From contig JBEKKK010000001.1 in assembly GCA_050010755.1 (NCBI GenBank), positions 512,001 to 576,000 of the forward strand: a stretch of 64,000 nt of DNA. The letters are read 5' to 3'. How positions within the stretch are numbered: position 1 is the first letter of the stretch; the number at the start of each line of letters is the position of its first letter. The notes beneath the pieces were generated by a model that worked only from the letters and a program-made list of their open reading frames with translations, did no database searches and was not told where the DNA came from. Origin of the DNA: Candidatus Bathyarchaeia archaeon (GTDB taxonomy: Archaea > Thermoproteota > Bathyarchaeia > Bathyarchaeales > Bathycorpusculaceae). Positions 58,822 to 64,000 of this stretch are shown piece after piece. The position numbers and the translations under genes are program-made.

Positions 58822-59886
58822 GTGTCACCCTTGCCAAAGATTAAAGTTGCACTCGTCGGTGTTGGAAACTGTGCTTCAGCACTAGTCCAGGGCTTGCAGT
58901 ACTATGGTTCCAGTAGCGTTGAACGGATCGGCCTGCGGAACCCCGTGCTCGGAGGTTTTAGTCCGAAGGATATAGAAATCGTCGCGGCGTTCGACATAGA
59001 CGGCCGGAAGGTGGGTAAAGACCTGTCTGAAGCCATCTTTGCAGAACCCAACAACGTGTCAAAACTGGACGACGTGCCCTCATACGGCGTGCTCGTGCAC
59101 AAGGGTCCTGTCCTCGACGGATTAGGCGAGTATACCAAGCATCTCGTTCATATAAGCCCTCATCCAGAGGCAAACGTTGCAAAGGTTTTGAAGGAAAGCA
59201 AAGCGGAGATCATGGTTGACCTGCTTCCCAGCGGAGCTGTGAAAGCTTCGCAATGGTACGCTCAGCAAGCCTTGACTGCGGGCTGTGCCTTCGTAAACGC
59301 GACGCCGAGTTTCATCGCCAGCGACGCTGCATGGGCCAAGAAGTTCGAGGCGGCTGGTTTGCCGGTTGTGGGGGACGATCTGGTTGATCAGGTTGGCTCG
59401 ACCACGTTGCACAAGACCTTATTGCAGCTCTTGTCCATGAACGGCGTTCATATTACGGAAACTTACCAGCTTGACGTTGGTGGAGGCACAGAGTCCCTGG
59501 ACACCTTGGATCGGACGAGAGACGTCAAACGCTCTGTAAAGACTCAATCCGTTGAAGCCTCGCTGCCTTATCCGGCTGCCGTAGTTGCCGGTTCCACTGA
59601 CTACGTGGATTTCTTGAAGAACAGGCGTGACAGTTACTTCTGGATCAGGGGCGTGCACTTCTGCAACGTGCCGGTTCAGATAGATCTGAAGCTTTCAACC
59701 GTTGACGCGCCGAACGCCGGCTCTGTTCTGCTCGACGTTGTTCGAGCTGTTAAAATGGCCTTGGAAAGAAAGCTGAAGGGGGCTCTCATGCCCGTGTGCG
59801 CTTATTGCTTCAAACATCCGCCTCAGCAGACAACGCTTGAGATGGCTGAAAGAATGTTCACGCAATTTGTGGCTGGGAAACAGTGA
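58822..59886 (+). CDS. ino1: myo-inositol-1-phosphate synthase
   Basis: GVGNCASALVQG, AFDID, GDD, DAPNAG, FKHPP. Confidence 0.9.
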   Translation: MSPLPKIKVALVGVGNCASALVQGLQYYGSSSVERIGLRNPVLGGFSPKDIEIVAAFDIDGRKVGKDLSEAIFAEPNNVSKLDDVPSYGVLVHKGPVLDGLGEYTKHLVHISPHPEANVAKVLKESKAEIMVDLLPSGAVKASQWYAQQALTAGCAFVNATPSFIASDAAWAKKFEAAGLPVVGDDLVDQVGSTTLHKTLLQLLSMNGVHITETYQLDVGGGTESLDTLDRTRDVKRSVKTQSVEASLPYPAAVVAGSTDYVDFLKNRRDSYFWIRGVHFCNVPVQIDLKLSTVDAPNAGSVLLDVVRAVKMALERKLKGALMPVCAYCFKHPPQQTTLEMAERMFTQFVAGKQ

Positions 59887-59895
59887 AAGGGTTCG

Positions 59896-61008
59896 CTATT
59901 TCAGGGCAAGCCTTTGCAGTTCGCGCAAGACTTTTTCTTTCACGCCGGTCTGTTCTAGCTTTTGTTTCAGCAGCGTTATCGTCTTCACGGGCGTAGGGTC
60001 TATGCCGCGCAGGACGGCCAAGTAAACGCTCGTGAAATCTCCCGCGCAAATGACGGATGCCATCTTTGCTAGACGGCTCTCTCCTCGGCTGTGAACTTCG
60101 AACAGCTTCTTTATCTGTCTGCTCATCAATTCTTTTGTTACCTCGATTCTCTGGCGTATTTCAGGCGGTTCTTCACTGTCGCGAACAAAAATTGCGGAAA
60201 AACACTTCTTGAATTGTTCTGCTTCTTCCCACCCAACGATCTCGTTGTGGCAGAGTTCGGGAAAGAATTCCCATTTTGCAGGGTTCTTGCTGTTCTCGTT
60301 AAACTGAGTCTTCAGCCGCTGCGCAACTGTTCGATAAGACCCGAAGCCGTAAACGGCCGGAACGGTGCCATTCACGTTAACCGCCAGCTGCTTCGAGAAG
60401 TTGCGTTCCGACGGTACTCTAGGAGAATTGTCCGCGCTGACCTGCTCCAACACTCTGATGGTTTCCGACATCTCATCATTAAAGCCGGAAATCAAGCCGA
60501 TTTTTTCAATCGTAGCAATCAAGGGCAGGAAAAGGTACGGAAGAGTGGCGCGAGGCGCCATTCCTGAGGGCACGAGCAAATGGGAAAAACCCAGTTTTTC
60601 AGAGAACTCGTGCAGCTTTCCACCAGAACTCAAGCAGACAATCATGCACTTTCTCTTGATGGCGTCGCGGAAGACGCTGAGGGTTTCCTCTGTTTCCCCA
60701 GAGTAACTGACGACGAGCACTAGCGTGTGCTTGCTAGCGTACGCAGGCAGTGAGTATTCCTTACACACTTCTAGGGGAACAGCGATTCGATCTCTTGTCC
60801 AGTCTTTCAGCAGCTCGCCGCCTATGCCCGAACCGCCCATGCCCGCAACGACTATAGCGTCGGGTTTCGGGTAATCGACCAAAAGGGTTTTGGCCAATTT
60901 TGCGGCCCGCGCATAATGCAGGGGAGCTTCAACACAGAAGGAAAGCATATCGCTCTTGTCGATTCTTCTGATACCCTCCGAATCACCTAAAGTTTCCAGC
61001 TTTGTCAT
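59896..61008 (-). CDS. Bifunctional phosphoglucose/phosphomannose isomerase
   Basis: GMGGSG, SYSGETEET, APRA, NENSK, PELCHNEI. Confidence 0.93.
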   Translation of the reverse strand: MTKLETLGDSEGIRRIDKSDMLSFCVEAPLHYARAAKLAKTLLVDYPKPDAIVVAGMGGSGIGGELLKDWTRDRIAVPLEVCKEYSLPAYASKHTLVLVVSYSGETEETLSVFRDAIKRKCMIVCLSSGGKLHEFSEKLGFSHLLVPSGMAPRATLPYLFLPLIATIEKIGLISGFNDEMSETIRVLEQVSADNSPRVPSERNFSKQLAVNVNGTVPAVYGFGSYRTVAQRLKTQFNENSKNPAKWEFFPELCHNEIVGWEEAEQFKKCFSAIFVRDSEEPPEIRQRIEVTKELMSRQIKKLFEVHSRGESRLAKMASVICAGDFTSVYLAVLRGIDPTPVKTITLLKQKLEQTGVKEKVLRELQRLALK

Positions 61009-61096
61009 CTATTTCGTTCTCCAACCCCTGTTTTGAAAACAATGTGACGCTTTGAGTTTTTAAACAAATTGCCCAATAATAGTCTTCACCAAGAGC

Positions 61097-61975
61097 ATGA
61101 GGGAAACCGCGTTGGCCAAAAAAAGACTTTCGATAGCAATTCCGGCCTCCGTTGTGTCTGACACGCCGCACTTGCGTGAAAAAACTGCCAAAATAGGCCT
61201 AATAGGCAGAGCGGCTGCGATCTTCAGAGTTGACGAAATCATAATCTTTCCGGACGCTCCAGGCAGCAGTCAGAATACTGAGGCAAATTTGGTTTCGACG
61301 TTGCTGAGCTATCTGGAGACCCCGCAGTACCTTCGGAAGAGATTGTTCAAACTGAGCCCAGATCTGCAGTACGCAGGCATACTGCCGCCCCTTCGAACAC
61401 CGCACCATCCACTCAACCGTCAGATTAAGGAGCTTCGGGTCGGCGAATTCCGTGAGGCCGTCACATTGCCGGGAACAGAGAAGCAGACTCTCGTGGACAT
61501 CGGTGTAGAACAACCAGCTTTAATTCGAGACAAGGATCTAGCCGTCGGCAAACGAGTCACTGTCAAAGTTGTAAAATGGGATGGGAAGGTTGTCGAGGTT
61601 GAGCTGGCGGATCGGGATGAAGCACCCTTCTATTGGGGCTATGCTGTCATTGTGGAAAGCCATCCATTCAGCAACATTCTGAGGAAGAGGGGTTTCGATC
61701 TGGCAGTTGCCACTTCTAGGTACGGCTCACCTTTTGCCAATATAGCTGGAGAATTCGTTGAGCGATGGAAAGCTGCAAACAATGTTCTCGTAGCTTTCGG
61801 GGCTCCCAGCCAGGGTTTGGGCGACATAGTCAAGCGTGAGGGTCGCAGATTGAGCGAACTCGTGGACTTTGTGGTCAACACGGTTCCAATGCAGGGAACA
61901 GAGACCGTACGATCCGAAGAAGCACTTTTCGCTTCTTTGGCCATCTTCAACATTGTCCTCGAGTTAAAAAAATGA
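61097..61975 (+). CDS. SPOUT RNA methyltransferase (DUF171 family)
   Basis: GRAAAIFRVDEI, YLETPQYLRK, GILPPLRTPHH, QGTETVRSEEA. Confidence 0.9.
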   Translation: MRETALAKKRLSIAIPASVVSDTPHLREKTAKIGLIGRAAAIFRVDEIIIFPDAPGSSQNTEANLVSTLLSYLETPQYLRKRLFKLSPDLQYAGILPPLRTPHHPLNRQIKELRVGEFREAVTLPGTEKQTLVDIGVEQPALIRDKDLAVGKRVTVKVVKWDGKVVEVELADRDEAPFYWGYAVIVESHPFSNILRKRGFDLAVATSRYGSPFANIAGEFVERWKAANNVLVAFGAPSQGLGDIVKREGRRLSELVDFVVNTVPMQGTETVRSEEALFASLAIFNIVLELKK

Positions 61976-62238
61976 GTCCGTTTTGAGCTCTTCTGAACGG
62001 CACTGCGTTCCAGCGGAACATTAAATAGGAAAACAGAGGAAGGCCCCATGCGTTTACGAAGTTTTTGTGATAGGAAGTCTAAAAATGCCATTTTCCTGTA
62101 GGATGCGCGGAATGTGCAATGCTTTGTTCTTTTCATAAAGAGATAAATGTGCGTTGTACGTATGTGCCCGTATGTGTTTCGTATCTAATGGCGATTCTGC
62201 CGGTGCAGGTCTTCGTCTGTTGAATGAGGGCTGATCAA

Positions 62239-63636
62239 ATGGTGAAGGATAAGAGACTTGCATTTCTTGCAATGATGTTGCTGTTGGCTGCTGTGTTCTT
62301 GGCGGTGTCAATTGTCAAGCCTGCTTTTGCATCTGGTGATAGCAGCACGTCATCAAACCAGGTACAGGTGTTTGTTCAGCCTTTGGTCATACTGAACTAC
62401 TCTGCAGTTTCTGGGCAAATGTTTGAAGTGAACATCAACGTCACAGCAACGGGGACGCTTGACCTTCACGGTTTCACGATGAGGTTGAGTTACGATTCGA
62501 CTCTCGTCAGCTGCACGAATGCTGAAGCGGGCGACATCTTCACAGGCAGCGCGTATCTCAACACGACCATCATCGACAACTCTGCCGGCAACGTCTATGC
62601 TTCTGCCAATCTCACGTCTCAAAGCGCTGAGGTCAACAACAATGGGACTCTTCTAACGCTCCAGTTTCAGGTGGTAGGGACCGGCGCGACGAGCCTTCAT
62701 TTTTACGACGTTGCTCTTTATAGTCCTGGAGGCGCGGAAATCCAGTTTACGTCGTATGACGGGTATTTTAACAACGAGTTCAAGTTTGACTTAACGATGC
62801 CGCTGACTCTTCTCACAGTCACTTTTGCCAGCATGTTTCTTTACCCCAAGATCGAGAACAAGCTCAAAGGAGCATTTGAAGAGACCGAGTTTCGAGTTCG
62901 CGACGCTGTTTTGCTCGTTGGAGCCATGGCCGTCATGATCACGCTGATAGTTGTCGTTCGGCAGCTCAGCATCGTTTTGATTATACTGTTTCTTTTCGCC
63001 TACTCTCTGCTGCTCTACACGTTCGGTTATCTGCTGGCAAAGAAGCGCTGGTACATAGGAGTAATAGCGCCGGCGGCTTTCATTCTACTATACGCGTTCC
63101 TGAGAAACAGCTTCATCTGGACTCAATACCTGTCTAACGTCTACGGTCTTATCTTCGCCATATTGATCACTCTCTATCTGGCAGGCCTGTTCAACTGGAA
63201 AACCACGGCGGTTTTCGGCGTCCTCATAACAGCCATGGACATAATCCTCGTCTTGGTGACCAAAACAACGGTGCAGGCCGCAAATGCGGCGGTGAGTCTG
63301 AGTCTTCCGGTGCTGGTTCAACTACCTCTGTTTCCGTTGATTTCCACTGGGGCTGGATTATTGATACTGGGTCTGGGTCTAGGGGACTTTTTCTTCGCCG
63401 GCTTGCTTGCCGTTCAAACGTACAAGAAATACGGGAAAGGCTTGGCCATCGCCTCAGTCGTGGGAATGACCATATCTTTCTTCATCTTCGAAGCGTTAAT
63501 TCTCACTTACAACGTTGGGGCGTTTCCAGGCACGCTTATGATTATCTGTGGATGGGCACCCTTCGTGCTAGCTCAAACATTGAGAGACCGACGAAAAACC
63601 AAGGGCCCGAAACTAGAACAAGTGGTTCCCAATTAA
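62239..63636 (+). CDS. Cohesin-domain-fused presenilin/signal-peptide-peptidase-like intramembrane aspartyl protease
   Basis: Signal peptide, cohesin-like domain (LSYDSTLV...GTLLTLQFQV), multi-TM with AMDIILV, GLGLGDF and PAL-like FPGT. Confidence 0.75.
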   Translation: MVKDKRLAFLAMMLLLAAVFLAVSIVKPAFASGDSSTSSNQVQVFVQPLVILNYSAVSGQMFEVNINVTATGTLDLHGFTMRLSYDSTLVSCTNAEAGDIFTGSAYLNTTIIDNSAGNVYASANLTSQSAEVNNNGTLLTLQFQVVGTGATSLHFYDVALYSPGGAEIQFTSYDGYFNNEFKFDLTMPLTLLTVTFASMFLYPKIENKLKGAFEETEFRVRDAVLLVGAMAVMITLIVVVRQLSIVLIILFLFAYSLLLYTFGYLLAKKRWYIGVIAPAAFILLYAFLRNSFIWTQYLSNVYGLIFAILITLYLAGLFNWKTTAVFGVLITAMDIILVLVTKTTVQAANAAVSLSLPVLVQLPLFPLISTGAGLLILGLGLGDFFFAGLLAVQTYKKYGKGLAIASVVGMTISFFIFEALILTYNVGAFPGTLMIICGWAPFVLAQTLRDRRKTKGPKLEQVVPN

Positions 63637-64000
63637 GAATGGTTTTTCGCCGACATTGCTCAACTGCACGTTCTTGAAGCCTATCTCATTGAACCTTTCA
63701 GCTATTCTCCCGGCATTCTTCTTGTAAGTGTTTACGAAAACTGATGGACCAGTGTCCATCGAATACCACGCCTGCAATCCTTCTTCTCTCATTCGAATAA
63801 CCTCTTTTATTACGCGAACCGTGTCTGGCTCCCACAGCACCATATGAGACTTCCCGGTCATGGTGATTGCATGAAGATTCAAAGTGTCTTCCTCAGCGAG
63901 CGTGCCAATCTTGGGCGTGTCTCCAAGAGAGATGGCTTTTTTCATTCTTTTCAGCAGGTCGTTAATGTTTTCCAATCTTGCTTTGAATAGGCATGAGCTG
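63613..64000 (-). CDS. mvaD: (Di)phosphomevalonate decarboxylase C-terminal part (partial)
   Basis: AEEDTLNLHA, YSMDTGPSV GHMP motif; continues beyond window. Confidence 0.8.
   Translation of the reverse strand, partial: SSCLFKARLENINDLLKRMKKAISLGDTPKIGTLAEEDTLNLHAITMTGKSHMVLWEPDTVRVIKEVIRMREEGLQAWYSMDTGPSVFVNTYKKNAGRIAERFNEIGFKNVQLSNVGEKPFLIGNHLF

Noticed and set aside
62007-62019. GTTCCAGCGGAAC, matching the ORB core
   Set aside because: Single copy, no G-string, no partner ORB or initiator gene; at most a mini-ORB or chance palindrome

Overview
Archaeal chromosomal DNA. PolD (DP1 and DP2) together with Elf1, a four-subunit POR and Acs suggests a non-crenarchaeal TACK lineage, most likely Bathyarchaeia (inference). 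The left end holds a replication origin: DP1, cdc6/orc1, and inverted ORB boxes flanking an AT-rich unwinding element. Next to it lies an unexplained three-gene HTH module, including a membrane-anchored coiled-coil wHTH protein, surrounded by about 15 TGTGA/TCACA-type repeats. This is the best candidate for an undescribed system (origin tethering, segregation or initiation control). Most of the rest is housekeeping: NAD metabolism, lipids (GGGPS, DGGGPS, Ino1, MvaD), POR, Acs/SatP, the SRP54-Pus10-L21e-Rpo4-DUF655-KsgA-HemK operon and tRNA synthetases. Other notable items: an IS6-like non-autonomous element carrying a membrane-tethered regulator, a shared TRGAAC-N5-GTACYA operator and promoter at secreted-protein genes, a box C/D guide RNA candidate, two probable CTG starts, DtxR operators, and a cohesin-fused presenilin/SPP-like protease. 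I saw no tRNA, rRNA or CRISPR array. All calls come from reading motifs by eye; no searches were run.
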